DNA of 64,000 nt from Octopus bimaculoides (Eukaryota), in contig NC_068995.1 of the NCBI RefSeq assembly GCF_001194135.2, positions 57,831,137 through 57,895,136 on the forward strand, in the 5' to 3' direction. How positions within the stretch are numbered: position 1 is the stretch's first letter; each line of letters starts with the position of its first letter. A program made the translations under genes and the position numbers. Of this stretch, positions 49,339 through 62,101 are shown piece after piece. The notes under the pieces were generated by a model that saw only the letters and a list, made by a program, of their open reading frames with translations, was not told the DNA's origin and searched no databases.

Positions 49339-49519
49339 TGGCTGATAATGGAGTTCACAGACCGGATTGTTTGTTAGGTGATGGCCGAAGCGGCGGAGTC
49401 TAAGTGATGGGAAAGCGGTGGGTGAGTTGTCGTACTAATAGCTTCTCCTTACCGCAAACTACAACCACAACCACTGCACAAACAACTACAGTCACGACTA
49501 CAACCGTAACAATAACACG

Positions 49520-49688
49520 CAGGCATGGCTGAGTGGTTAAGACGTTCGCTTTGCAACAACACGATTTCCGGCTCAGTCCCATTGCGCGGTATCTTGGGCA
49601 AGTGTCTTCCACTATAGCCCCGGGCCGACCAACGCTTTGGGAAACATTTGGTTGACGGAAACTGTGTGGAAGCCTGTTGTCTGTGGTG

Positions 49689-49766
<78 letters not shown>

Positions 49767-49771
49767 CGTGC

Positions 49772-49802
<31 letters not shown>

Positions 49803-50215
49803 CGCACACACACACACACACACACGCACACACACATTTGTACGGGAGGAATGTGACCGTGGTAAGAAGTTTGCTTCTTAACCGTATGGTTCCGGTTTCT
49901 GTCCTGCTACATTGCACGCAGGGAAAAGTGTTTTCTGCGCAAGCGTCGGGCCGACCAAAGCCTTGCCAGAAAATTCGATAAACAGAAACTGCGTGGAAGC
50001 CTGTTGTGTGTGATATTCGTGCGTGCCTTTATGACTGTGTTTGTTCCCCAGCACTCCTTGACAACCAATGGTGGTTTGTCTATGTTCTCGTAACTTAGCG
50101 GCTCGGCAAAGTAAACGATAGAATAAGTACTAATCTTTAAAAAATAAGTAACGTTTTCGAGGCGGTGTCCCAGCATAGCCGTGGCCTGACGAGTGTAACA
50201 AGTAAAAAAAAAAAA
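49520..50215 (+). mobile_element. Two SINE family C heads (49520-49683, 49846-50005) with an intervening (TA)(TG)(CG)(CA) microsatellite, and a 3' body to 50215
   Basis: A box TGGCTGAGTGG; GCTCAGTCCCATTGCGCGGTATCTTGGGCAAGTGTCTTCCACTATAGCCCCGGGCCGACCAA. Confidence 0.85.
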
Positions 50216-50360
50216 ACTAAATAAAAGATAAGTGACTACAGCTATAGAGAAACTGCTATGACATCTGTAACGTTTATGACATATAGATCACGTATAACAG
50301 TCACAACTACAGCCACAACTGCAATCGTCACCAACAACTCTACTACTCCCACCACCACAA

Positions 50361-50775
50361 TTTCTTTCTAGTATAGGCGCAAGACCAACGGTTTTGGGGA
50401 AGGGGGTTTGTCGATTGCATCAGGCATAGTGCTTAACTGACCCCTACTTCATCGATCCCGAAAGGATGAAAAGCAATGTCGATCTTGGCGGAATTTGAAC
50501 TCAGAAAAGTGAAGAAGCGGAAGAAATACTGGTAAGTATTTTGTCCGGAGTGCTAACGGTTCTTCAAGCTCGCCACCCTGATAATAATTCTAAGATTGGT
50601 ACGAGGCCAGCAATTTTGATGTTTGATGGGGAAGCCGATAGCATTTGACCCAAGTGCTTAACTGGGACTTATTTTATCGACTTAGAAAGATGAAAGGCAA
50701 AGTCTGCCTCAGCAGCATTTGGACTCATGCCGAAAAGAAGCGGAAGAAACACTACTAGGCATTTGATCTGGAGTG
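50361..50775 (-). mobile_element. Two tandem SINE family A copies (50361-50577, 50587-50775)
   Basis: Reverse-complement cores ATCGATCCCGAAAGGATGAAAAGCAATGTCGATCTTGGCGGAATTTGAACTCAG and a diverged duplicate. Confidence 0.8.
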
Positions 50776-53014
50776 TTGACAAACGATCTCCTCTTCCTCC
50801 TCCTCCTCCTCCTATAGACAGTTGCGATGCCCCTCACCACCTGATTCTGTAGAAGTAGTAGACTTTAAAAGAAAAAAAATACTATGGTTGATTTGTACGA
50901 CTAAAAAAAAGAGAAAATCGTGCAAGGGGGTGCTCCAGCATGGTCGTAGTTCAACGATAGAAACAAGTAAAAGGTTTTTAAAAATGATTAAGAAAACCGA
51001 AACGATAAAAGACTATATAACGCATGCGCATTCACTCACAACATTTAATTACAGACGACAGCGCCATTTTAAGAAAAAAGCCTCCTGAACACAGCTGCTG
51101 ACACAGTTCTTAATTTCAGTTATCTGATGACGCTTACGTGTTAAACACCAAAGATTCTATCGTTTATATACAATGACCACCAGGTTTGGAGATGCTCCGC
51201 AGTTCGATTCGTCCTACATTTCATCATTGTCATCACTTCTGCCTTAGGAGCACAAAACGTCGCTGCGTTGATTTATTATCATCATCATCATCATCATTAT
51301 TATCATCATCATTATTATTATCGTTATTATCGTTATTATTATTGCAGTTTTGTTGTTCACCTCTCGTACGTCAATAAATAAGTGCTGCTTATTTGTATAC
51401 GCGTCTATCTCTCTTTCTGTCTGTCTGTCTTTGTATATATACTTATAGATATGTATGTATATATATATGTGTGTNNNNNNNNNNNNNNNNNNNNNNNNNN
51501 NNNNNNNNNNNNNNNNNNNNNNNNNNNNNNNNNNNNNNNNNNNNNNNNNNNNNNNNNNNNNNNNNNNNNNNNNNATATATATATAATGTATGCCAATCTT
51601 CTCTTGAAGAGGGAAACCGGACTCATTGTAATATCTTTATATTGCTACCGGTTACATTACCCGACTTTACACGTTTCGTCTGCAGTTTAGGATTATTATG
51701 ATTATTACGTAACTCCGAGCTTCCTGAAACAGCTGTCGAGTTTCGAAATTACCTATTTTCTTATATTCTGTACTTTTATTCAATGTTTGTTGTGTTCCAT
51801 GTAAATACACGTATATGAAGCCTAACTGTATTTATCTCCAGTACTACCCCACCTCTCTCTCTCCCTCTGTATATATATACACACACATATTTCATGAACG
51901 AACATCTCAAAAGTAAATTGTTATCTCCTGTCATACCATTTGATCTGTGTGAACGAGACCTGATGCTTCAATCTTTTTAGTATTCGACGCACAGGGCATG
52001 TCTAATAAATTCTAGATGAAGTATTTAAATGCATCAAATGACATTCTTTGGCTTCTAGAAATAAAACTTTCAAAAATTATGTCTATTTACTTTTTGNNNN
52101 NNNNNNNNNNNNNNNNNNNNNNNNNNNNNNNNNNNNNNNNNNNNNNNNNNNNNNNNNNNNNNNNNNNNNNNNNNNNNNNNNNNNNNNNNNNNNNNNNNNN
52201 NNNNNNNNNNNNNNNNNNNNNNNNNNNNNNNNNNNNNNNNNNNNNNNNNNNNNNNNNNNNNNNNNNNNNNNNNNNNNNNNNNNNNNNNNNNNNNNNNNNN
52301 NNNNNNNNNNNNNNNNNNNNNNNNNNNNNNNNNNNNNNNNNNNNNNNNNNNNNNNNNNNNNNNNNNNNNNNNNNNNNNNNNNNNNNNNNNNNNNNNNNNN
52401 NNNNNNNNNNNNNNNNNNNNNNNNNNNNNNNNNNNNNNNNNNNNNNNNNNNNNNNNNNNNNNNNNNNNNNNNNNNNNNNNNNNNNNNNNNNNNNNNNNNN
52501 NNNNNNNNNNNNNNNNNNNNNNNNNNNNNNNNNNNNNNNNNNNNNNNNNNNNNNNNNNNNNNNNNNNNNNNNNNNNNNNNNNNNNNNNNNNNNNNNNNNN
52601 NNNNNNNNNNNNNNNNNNNNNNNNNNNNNNNNNNNNNNNNNNNGGGGGGGGGGTTGTATGTGTCTGTCTGTTTTTATACTCTTCGAAGTTTCGCCGCTCG
52701 CTCATTCAAACTGTCAATTTGGATAACTCACCACAGGCTAAACTTCGAAGTCCCTATTAACAAAAGGATAATCAATGCTAGACCGAGTCCACAAGTTAAC
52801 CAGTTTATTCACCTCAGGATTTTAAACACTTATTTTAAATCTGTTTTACTCTCTCTTTCACTTTCTCATTCTCTCTCTCTCTCTCTCGATTAATACACAC
52901 ATGGTTTATACATGTATACATATATATATATATACACACACACATGCATANNNNNNNNNNTATATATATATATATATATATATATACATACACACACATA
53001 AGCATATATATCTT

Positions 53015-53057
<43 letters not shown>

Positions 53058-54030
53058 TTATGTTATATGTATGTATGTATACGCACACACATGTGTAAGT
53101 ATATTTATCGTTATCTCAAGCACTATCACCTATTAGACGGCATCGACCCTCAAGACATTTAACCTGACATCCTGTTTAATTTGATGGCATTAGGCATTCT
53201 TCAAACCTTCTCTAATTAATCTTTCAACATTGTTAAATCAGTTTGATTATGTAGAATTGGTAATTGACACTTTAGCACCATTCCACTACACACAGACTTG
53301 CATACCCATTAGTTACACTCGTATGTGGCCGGGCACACACAGTTACGTACACACACACATTCACACAAGCATACAGGGGCATACGTGCAAACACACATAC
53401 ACACACATGCGCATACGCGCATACACACACACGCTACACACGCGTGCGCGCACGCACACATACGTACACAAAAACTGTAGAGCCATTCACAGACAGACAG
53501 ATCAAAACAGACAGAGAGAGAGACAGAGGAAAACGTATATACAATAATCATAGATGTATATGTAATACAGATGCACAAACATGCATACATACATATATAC
53601 ACATACAAGGATACCAGCACAGACGTATGCGAGCGCATGAGTATGTGTGTGCGCGCGGGTGCATGCGTTTGCGTATGATCGTGCAGAATATATACGTGCA
53701 TATGTATCTAAGAAAATAAGTGCCATTTTGACGTACGTGGCACGAACAGGCACACAAATAAGAGGACATACGCAAAGAATCAAGCCTCCACCGCAAACAC
53801 ACACACACACACACACCCTATTTTGAACATACATTGTCTCTTGTAATAAGTGCAGAGTTTGGTGTGTTTAAAAGAAGCTAAAAATTCTTGCATCCAATCT
53901 GTCAGTGTTTCTGTTTTGATGTTTATATACTTTTCTGTATGCATGCATATCTGTGAGTGTGTATGTATGCATGTATGTATATATGTGTATGTATGCATCT
54001 ATATAAGCATGTATGTATGTATGTATGTAT

Positions 54031-54652
54031 GAAACGTAACTGGAAACGTTCTCTGTGATACAAGCCCGTTGTAGTTCAGGCTTCTCTCATGTTCGAGTTT
54101 TGCGATGGCTGAAACGAAGGAACAACCTGTTTCCGTGAAACTCTGTTTTTCTGATGGCGAAAACAGCAGCCGAAACAGTTGTCATGCTTCAAACAGCAAA
54201 ACACAAGTTTAAGGGTGGTTTTCATGCTTTAAGAATGGTCACTTGTCGCTTGAGGACCAACCTTGTTCAGGGTGACCGTCGACTTCCTGAACAAATGAAA
54301 GTTCATGAAATGATCTTGGAGAACCGTCACCGAGCAATTAACAAACTTATTGATTGGTGTGTTCTGGAACTCCTGCTACCAATTTTGAGTGAAGAATTGC
54401 GAATGAAATGAGTTGCAACAAAATTTGTGCCTCGCTTGCTCACGGAAGATCAAAAGCAGTCACGGCTGAATGCGAGAAAACGACAGAGGCGTTAAACGGC
54501 ATCGCTTTGCAAGAGTTCCAACGCTGTTTCGAATCGTGGAAAACGTGCCTGGACTGGTGCCTTGCTTCAAATGGATAATACTTTGAAAGCGATTAAAGTG
54601 TAAACATATAAAACTAAGTGAATAAAATAATATTCCGGTTTCTTTTAGGTAT
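54031..54652 (+). mobile_element. Internally deleted mariner element (decayed transposase)
   Basis: MAETKEQ..KTAAETVVMLQTA..FKNGHLSLEDQPCSG*PSTS..ILSEELRMK*VATKFVPRLLTEDQKQSRL, joined directly to the C-terminal FQRCFESWKTCLDWCLASNG*YFESD*; the DD34D core is missing. Confidence 0.9.
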
Positions 54653-54770
54653 ATATGGGCATATTTACGTGTTTGTTTGCCATATACTCTCGTATCTCTA
54701 TCTCTTTCTCTCTCTGTATATATACATATATATGCGTGTGTGTATGTTTATGTATGCACCTATATAACTA

Positions 54771-54829
<59 letters not shown>

Positions 54830-55518
54830 GTACATACATACACACATACAGAGAAACATATACATATATATATATATGCCTGCTTGCATGTCTTTCTGAC
54901 AATCTGTTTTTCTACTTCTGTACATGTCTCTATTGCTTTGTATTTCGAAATACACACAAACCCCCTCAGCAAACAGGCCAGATATGTCGGTTAACCAACT
55001 GGAGATAATCAATATCCACTTGAGCCAATCCCATAGTTTTTCTGTCCCAATCTTTGGCTGTGAACAGATCATTGTTTGAACACCTGTTCGCTGAAGGAAG
55101 AGGGATTGCTGAGAGAAGAGTTCGCTGTGAGGATGGGATTTCGTCGAACGATAGTTCGGTCATGGCGCTTTGGCGCACATTACATATGTATAGATGCTTG
55201 TTTGTATGTATGTGTGTACGTATGTATGTATGTAGGTAGGTATTTGTGTGTGTGTGAATATATATATATACGTGTATGTATTTATGGTATGTTTGTTTGA
55301 ATGTATGTACTTTTAGTATGCATGTGTGAAAGTTGGTACACATGCATGTATTTATATATGTATGTATAGTATGTACGTATGTGTGCATGTCTCTATGAGT
55401 GTATATGTCTGTAAGTATGTGTATATATATATATGTCCGTATGTATGTACGGATGTACGTATATGCACATGTACGCATGTATATATAGTCTTACGCATGA
55501 GCATGCATTCATATCCAA

Positions 55519-55750
55519 AGCCTGGCCGAATGGTTTTGATGTTCGCTATGCATACACGATGTCTAGTGTTCGATCCCGTGCGTGTCATCTTGGGCATGTA
55601 TTTGTTTGAGTCGTGCGTTGTGGGTGGAATTGCGAAAACAGAAAGTATACAGAAGTCCTTCGGATAGATTGTACCTCTAATTCAAAATTACAACCTTGTC
55701 GCGCAGTGTGTCACGCTGATTCCACCAACAGAGGTTGTCAAGCGCTGGCA
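55519..55750 (+). mobile_element. tRNA-derived SINE family F
   Basis: A box TGGCCGAATGG, B box GTTCGATCCC; the body GTACCTCTAATTCAAA..CCTTGTC..GTGTCACGCTGA is shared with 8905-9110. Confidence 0.6.
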
Positions 55751-55791
55751 GCGAACAAACACAACGATACACGCATACATACATCTCTCTC

Positions 55792-55845
<54 letters not shown>

Positions 55846-55869
55846 TATATGCGTGTATATATATATAAA

Positions 55870-56027
55870 AGTCGAGCTTCTACGCAGCTTCCGTCTACTA
55901 AAATTCACTGGCAAAACATTGTTCGCTCTGGGGCTATAGTAGAAGACACTTGCTCAAGGTACGGCATAGTGGGACTGAACCTGAAACCCTGTGGTAGCAA
56001 AGCGAGCTTTTTTACCACACAGCCATA
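55870..56027 (-). mobile_element. SINE family C head
   Basis: GGGCTATAGTAGAAGACACTTGCTCAAGGTACGGCATAGTGGGACTGAACC..ACCACACAGCCAT. Confidence 0.85.
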
Positions 56028-57183
56028 GTTTTGTAGAGGGAAAGCAAATGTACGAAGCAACATTTATATAACAAAAGCTAGTTTTGAGAAATAAATTTTA
56101 AAAAAAGGATAAATTATCTCCAACAATGCTGTTAACTTACATTTCAAATGATTTTTTTTTTTCTCTTTGGAAACAAAAAATAAATTTAATATTTTTAATA
56201 AATCATTTCACTCTACAGACATTTGGATGTGAACTTGTGACCTTGCCAAAAATGTTTCCAATTGAGCCTTGCAGCTCCTGCAGCCGGTTATGAGTAAGTG
56301 CATGTGTCTATGTGGGTGCGTGAGTGTGTGTACGTGCGTGCGGGTATGTGTGTGCATGTGGGTGTGTGCATCTGCATATGTGTACGTACGTCCGTGTATA
56401 TGGGTATACGTGCTACTGCGTGAATATATGAGAATGCGTGTATTTTTATGCTTGTCTTTTGGTGTGTATAGATTTGTGGGGGATTTTATATGGGTGTATG
56501 AATATGTATACGTACGTGGGAGTTTACCAGGTGTCTGTATGCGTGTGTAGTGGAGTATGTATGTCTGTACTGGTGCAAATGGATGTGTGCACATGTATTG
56601 TGTTTGGGAGGGTTTGCGTTTATGTGCTCGTACGTATGTACGTTTCTGTGTGTGTGTGTGTGTTTATGTATTTATGCATGTGTATATACATGTATGTAAG
56701 TATACACAATGTATGCTTATATGCATGTGGGTATTTTCGTATGCCCATATACAATTATGAGTGTGTGTATGGATGGAAGCATGTATGTTTGTATGTGTAT
56801 GTATGTTATGTATATATTCATAGAAGAGGATGTCCCGCCATTAAAAATAGCTCGTTAGTTTTCAATTGTTCATGGAACATCAAAGCGAATCTCTTGACCG
56901 AAGTCTTGGAGAAAGATAAACTTCAGCTTTATCTCAGTGAAATATGTAATTTAGTGGAGAGGAAATATTTACTTGAACAACCAAGAACTATACGAGCAAG
57001 ATATGTCCCGAAGAATCCAGATGAAATAGACGAGTAGTGATTGTCGTGACGGTGGTGGCGGTGGTGATGGCAGTAGTAACGCAATGGTGGCGGTGGTGAT
57101 GCAGTTGTGTCAGTTGGGGAAGGTCGTAGTTTTTATAGGGCTTGTTGCTATCATCTCATTGTCCTCGTATTAGTTTGATTTCT

Positions 57184-57231
<48 letters not shown>

Positions 57232-58015
57232 TGACAATCAGATGTGTAGGAGTAAAGGGATAGATAGATAGATAAAGAGAGAGAGAGATTGAATGAGAGA
57301 GGGAGGGAGTCAAAAATAAGAAAAGAAACTACTGAATTGTGTTTCAAGGAAAGCTAGACATTCTGGTGTCTTTTGAAAGTTAAGAAATTGAAGTTATTGA
57401 AAATATATCGGCAACTGCCGTAGATTAACTAAACAAACAATCGAAATACCTAATCTTCGATCCGGTTTCAGTTCTTGGTTCTTTCATACATCGAATCTTT
57501 AAGACTCTGGGGTGATGTGAAAACATTTGAGAGAATTATTGGGGTACTACCATCTTAATGATCTTTTGCATACTATTGCAAGCTTTTGAGCGAAAAGCCA
57601 ACAATTCAAACTGAGTATTACTAATTAACGCAACACACGTTAGTATTACACAGCTTTTGCCGTTAATTCATATGGGAAGAGCTAAAATTATCTGAGAATC
57701 TCAGTGAGACTTTGAGAGTTAAGTGTTTTTACAATATGAATTTGCCGATACTTAGGTTGGTTGCACAATATCCTGTCCACGTCGATTTCCACGAGTTTAG
57801 TTTTCTTTTTTACTTAAACGCAAATTCCTTCAACTTTAAGGAGGGGTTAAAGATGCGAAATGTACGGCATTCATTTTTTTCTTTCTTTTTAAGTTTTAGT
57901 AAAGACATAAAGCACAAAGCGTCTAATTCCATCTCTTACTCTTAGACGCATAAAGAATTTTTAGTGATTTTATTAATGTTGTCTCGTATATATAGCGCAA
58001 CACTTTTATGTCAGA

Positions 58016-58262
58016 ACTAGCAGTATAACCCGACCTTGTCCGGGTGTGACTTATTGCGCCATCTACGATAAGTCTTGCTAGTTGAAAATCAACTAAAAAA
58101 GAAAGCCTTAAAACGAAAAAACCCTTATGATGTAAATATGTTCATAATTCTAAAGACGATGAAATTAATAGGGAAAGTCTGAAAGCTGTTTTGCGTAACA
58201 TTATTAAGCGTACGTAAATTTCATCCGTCTAATTGGCTATATTTTCCCCCACCTTGTTTCAC
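58016..58262 (+). mobile_element. Possible non-autonomous Helitron/Helentron-like element
   Basis: Begins ACTAGCAGTATAACCCGACCTTGTCCGGGT (ACTAG plus a short hairpin, resembling HINE/Lep1-like ends from memory) and ends at a (TG)n run. Confidence 0.35.
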
Positions 58263-58265
58263 ATT

Positions 58266-58339
<74 letters not shown>

Positions 58340-58350
58340 CGTGTGTGTGT

Positions 58351-58648
58351 GGAGGCACATGGCCTAGTGTTTAGAGTAGCGGGCTCGCGGTCGAGAGATC
58401 ACGAACTCGAATCTCAGACCGGGTGGATGTATGTGTTTATAAGCGAAACGCATACGCTCTACGCAGCTCCGGCAGAAAGTAAGAGCGAACTTCTGCTGAC
58501 TCTTTCACCACTATTTTTCTCCCTCTTTCCTGCTGCATCTAGTAGCTCACCAGTGACGGACCGGCGTCCCGTCCAGGTGGGGAACCTATACGCCAATGAA
58601 ACCGAGAAACCGGCCCTTATGAGCCAGGCATGGCTCGAGAAAGAACAA
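58351..58648 (+). mobile_element. tRNA-derived SINE with V/Meta-like central domain
   Basis: A box TGGCCTAGTG, B-box-like ACTCGAATCT; core GTGACGGACCGGCGTCCCGTCCAGG (58553-58577); AAC-like tail. Confidence 0.65.
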
Positions 58649-59255
58649 AGACAAAAAACATATGTATGTATGTATATATGTCTTCATGTATATACATACA
58701 TACACACATATATATATATATGTATATATATACAAACACACAGATATACGGACAGACAGATAGACAGACATACAGAGACAGAGAGAGAGAGAGAGAGAGA
58801 GTGAGATTGTAGCAACTGTGTGTATAGATAGATATATATATATCCGATTGTATTTTCGATCGGAAGTGTACCTCTTACAGTCCGCCATTTTCTTTCGATT
58901 TTCGCTACCATCATCATTATCTCGAACAACAACGAAAAACGAACAGCAACAGCACATTTAATAGATATACACGCCACATTCTCATGAACTGATGGTCACA
59001 GGATGGAGATGAACACACACTCACACACACACACACACACACACACACCGACACTGAGGCATGGGCAAACACATTTATACAACATTTCACTCAATTTTCA
59101 CAATTTACATTAGAGTTGGATTTCACTCTATACGAGTATGTGTGTATGTACGTATGCGAATGTGAGTTTATGTAAGTGTGTATGTATGTGTGTGTGCGTG
59201 AGTGTGCGCACGCGCGTTTGTGTATTAAATGCACGGACACACGTAACTATACGTC

Positions 59256-59294
<39 letters not shown>

Positions 59295-59869
59295 TTCTGT
59301 ATATGCATACGCCTATATATTGTGTGCATATGTATATAATATATATATATGCATACCCACACTCTCACACACACACACACACACACATACCTACATACAT
59401 ATATGACACTTCAAAGAGAAACAGACTACATTTTATTTGATCTGTGTAAGAGCTAATCCGTGATGAATTAAAGACAGCAATTGAGGAATGCTTTAAATGC
59501 TGCTGCTACCACCGCTGCTACTTCTCTGTTCTGGTAAATCGTCAGAGTTTTGCAGCAGAGCGCTGCTATTTCGCCAAAGTCACGCTTTATTCAAGTCGCT
59601 AGATCCTTTCTGACAAGGAAAAGATTCTCGTAGACCAAGTTCCGTTTGAGTTTGAGAACCGACGGCAGTGGACGAACTAAAAAGGAATAAACATCAAAGC
59701 AACTCTCGTGCCGAAAGCGTGGAGCGTGCACACGCGTGCGCATAGCTGTCGTTTGCGTGTGTGTGTATGTTTGTATGGCTATTGGATTGTATACGTCAAT
59801 GCATCGCTGAATTCTGTGCGTGTGCGAGTGTTTTTGTGTGCATCTCTATGTACATGTTTGTGTGTATTC

Positions 59870-59901
<32 letters not shown>

Positions 59902-60019
59902 GCGTGTGTTTATGTGTGTGTGAGTGTGTTTGCTTTTACGTGCGTGTGTATGAGAATCTGTATCAATAGGTATAATAATGGCTGCGGTTCCGACACAGAA
60001 ATATAAAGGAAATGCGTGC

Positions 60020-60050
<31 letters not shown>

Positions 60051-60279
60051 TGTGAGTGAGTGCGAATGTGTGTGTGTGAACGTGTGTTTACGTTTCTCTC
60101 TTGCTATATGCACACTTACATTATATATATATGTCTGTATATATATAATGCATATACATATTTACACACATACACACACATTATATATATATATATAGAG
60201 ATATATATATTTAAATATACAAACATACACACGCAGGCAGGATAGATAGATAGATAGATACATACATACATACATACAC

Positions 60280-60320
<41 letters not shown>

Positions 60321-60729
60321 CCTTTATGTAGGTGAGTTACTTGTGTGCATGAGAATCTACTCGTATGCGTACGCAGATAAATTATCAAACGTATATATTA
60401 CATGAGAGAAATAAATATAATATACTTAGTAGAAAACAATAACAGAACAATATGGAGTTCGGTAAGTGTATAGATATATTAGTATTTAGGGAGGTACATG
60501 GGTATAGATGCGGGTGAGAATGATTTCTTTATGCAGTTATGTGTGCATGCTTTTATGTACGTAGGTCTATTTGAAGATGGGAGTGTATGTTTTATGTATG
60601 CATGCACATGTGTGTACGTATGTATGTATGTATGTATGTATGTGTGTATGTATATATATGAGTCTGTACGTATGTATTCATGCTTTGCATGTAAGTTTGT
60701 ATAAGTTTGTATGTACGTTTTATATGTAG

Positions 60730-60770
<41 letters not shown>

Positions 60771-60780
60771 NNNNNNNNNN

Positions 60781-60819
<39 letters not shown>

Positions 60820-61360
60820 ATCAGTAGGTAGATAAGTAGAGAAATGGATATGAAGACTGATATGTTGGTGAACATGCATTGCATATATGCATGTCTGCAT
60901 CAATGTATGCAGGCTTATATGTAAGCACGTATGGATGTTGTATGTATGTATGTATGCATGTTTGTATGCCTGTATGTTCTATGTATGAATATATGTATAT
61001 ATGTACGTATGTACACCTGTATGTAGGCATCTGTATACGCATGTATGCAAGTAACTATCTATATACGTATGTATACAAGTAATTATGCACCTATGTATGT
61101 AGAGATAGACACAGACAGACATTTATATAACAAGGTAGAACGAATGAAGATAATTGAAAAAAGGAATAGCTATTGATATATATTTATTGTCATGTGTGTG
61201 TATGTGTATTTTTGTAAGAGGATGTGTGTAAGAGAGCGTGTGCGTTTCTGTTACCAAAAATTAATAGAAATTGCATTTGACAAGGAACGAAAGAATTCAT
61301 AAACAAAACATGAATGTGTGGATGTGTCTGTGCGCGTGTGTGTGAGCGCATATATATATA

Positions 61361-61902
61361 TAGTGGGTTTCCGTTTGCAGCTATCTCGTGAAATCCGGCT
61401 TTGTGCAGCTTCCGGCGAACAGTTTTTGTGGAAACTGGGTTCTCGGGGTGGTCATTAAGCTCTGCAGTAATTTTGGGAGCTGTACTTTTGTGATCCTTTC
61501 TAATAATTCACCTAAGAATCCAACGGTCTCTATCTGAAAGTTTTGGCTTTCTTCCGGAGTTTTGTTTCGACGAGGAGGTTTTTCCTTCTATCTCAAAGGC
61601 TGTAATTACTTTCAAGACAGTACTTCTTGATGCACCAAACATTTCGGCTGTTTTCATTACGCTAGTGCCTGCCATACGAGCACCAACAATTTGACCTTTT
61701 TGAAAGTTCGATAGATATGTAATTTTAATGAATTTTAATTACCTTTTTCTGATGATATCTGAAAAGAAATAGCAATTTTAGCAAAACATATTAAGCAACA
61801 CTAATAATAAATCAAGACATAAGCACAAACAAGCTTTTGACGATTTCATAGATATTTCAAAATTATGATGCTAGATGTTTCCATTATTTTGTCCAACCCC
61901 TG
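61361..61902 (-). mobile_element. 3'-truncated Tc1-like transposon (TIR, 5' UTR, paired-like DNA-binding domain)
   Basis: TIR CAGGGGTTGGACAAAATAATGGAAACA at 61902. From 61723: ITYLSNFQKGQIVGARMAGTSVMKTAEMFGASRSTV..NSGRKPKLSDRDRWILR*IIRKDHKSTAPKITAELN..VSTKTVRRKLHKAGFH. It breaks off at (TA)n. Confidence 0.92.
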
Positions 61903-61904
61903 TT

Positions 61905-61953
<49 letters not shown>

Positions 61954-62101
61954 AAAAAAAACGCATTTGTCAAAATTTGGACATACGACAGTTTAACATA
62001 ATAGCAACGACTTATGCATACATATCTATATACACCTATACGTTGGTTTGTGTCGGACGATTGAGATAGGAATGCTCAATAAATGTGGTAGAGGATATGA
62101 G

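Noticed and set aside
978-58420. tRNA genes suggested by A/B boxes
   Set aside because: All are SINE heads with no intact cloverleaf, and they continue into SINE bodies.
1414-62069. Numerous short CV/HT/YI/RE/poly-F-L-S ORFs
   Set aside because: They are translations of (TG/CA), (TA), (AG) microsatellites and purine tracts.
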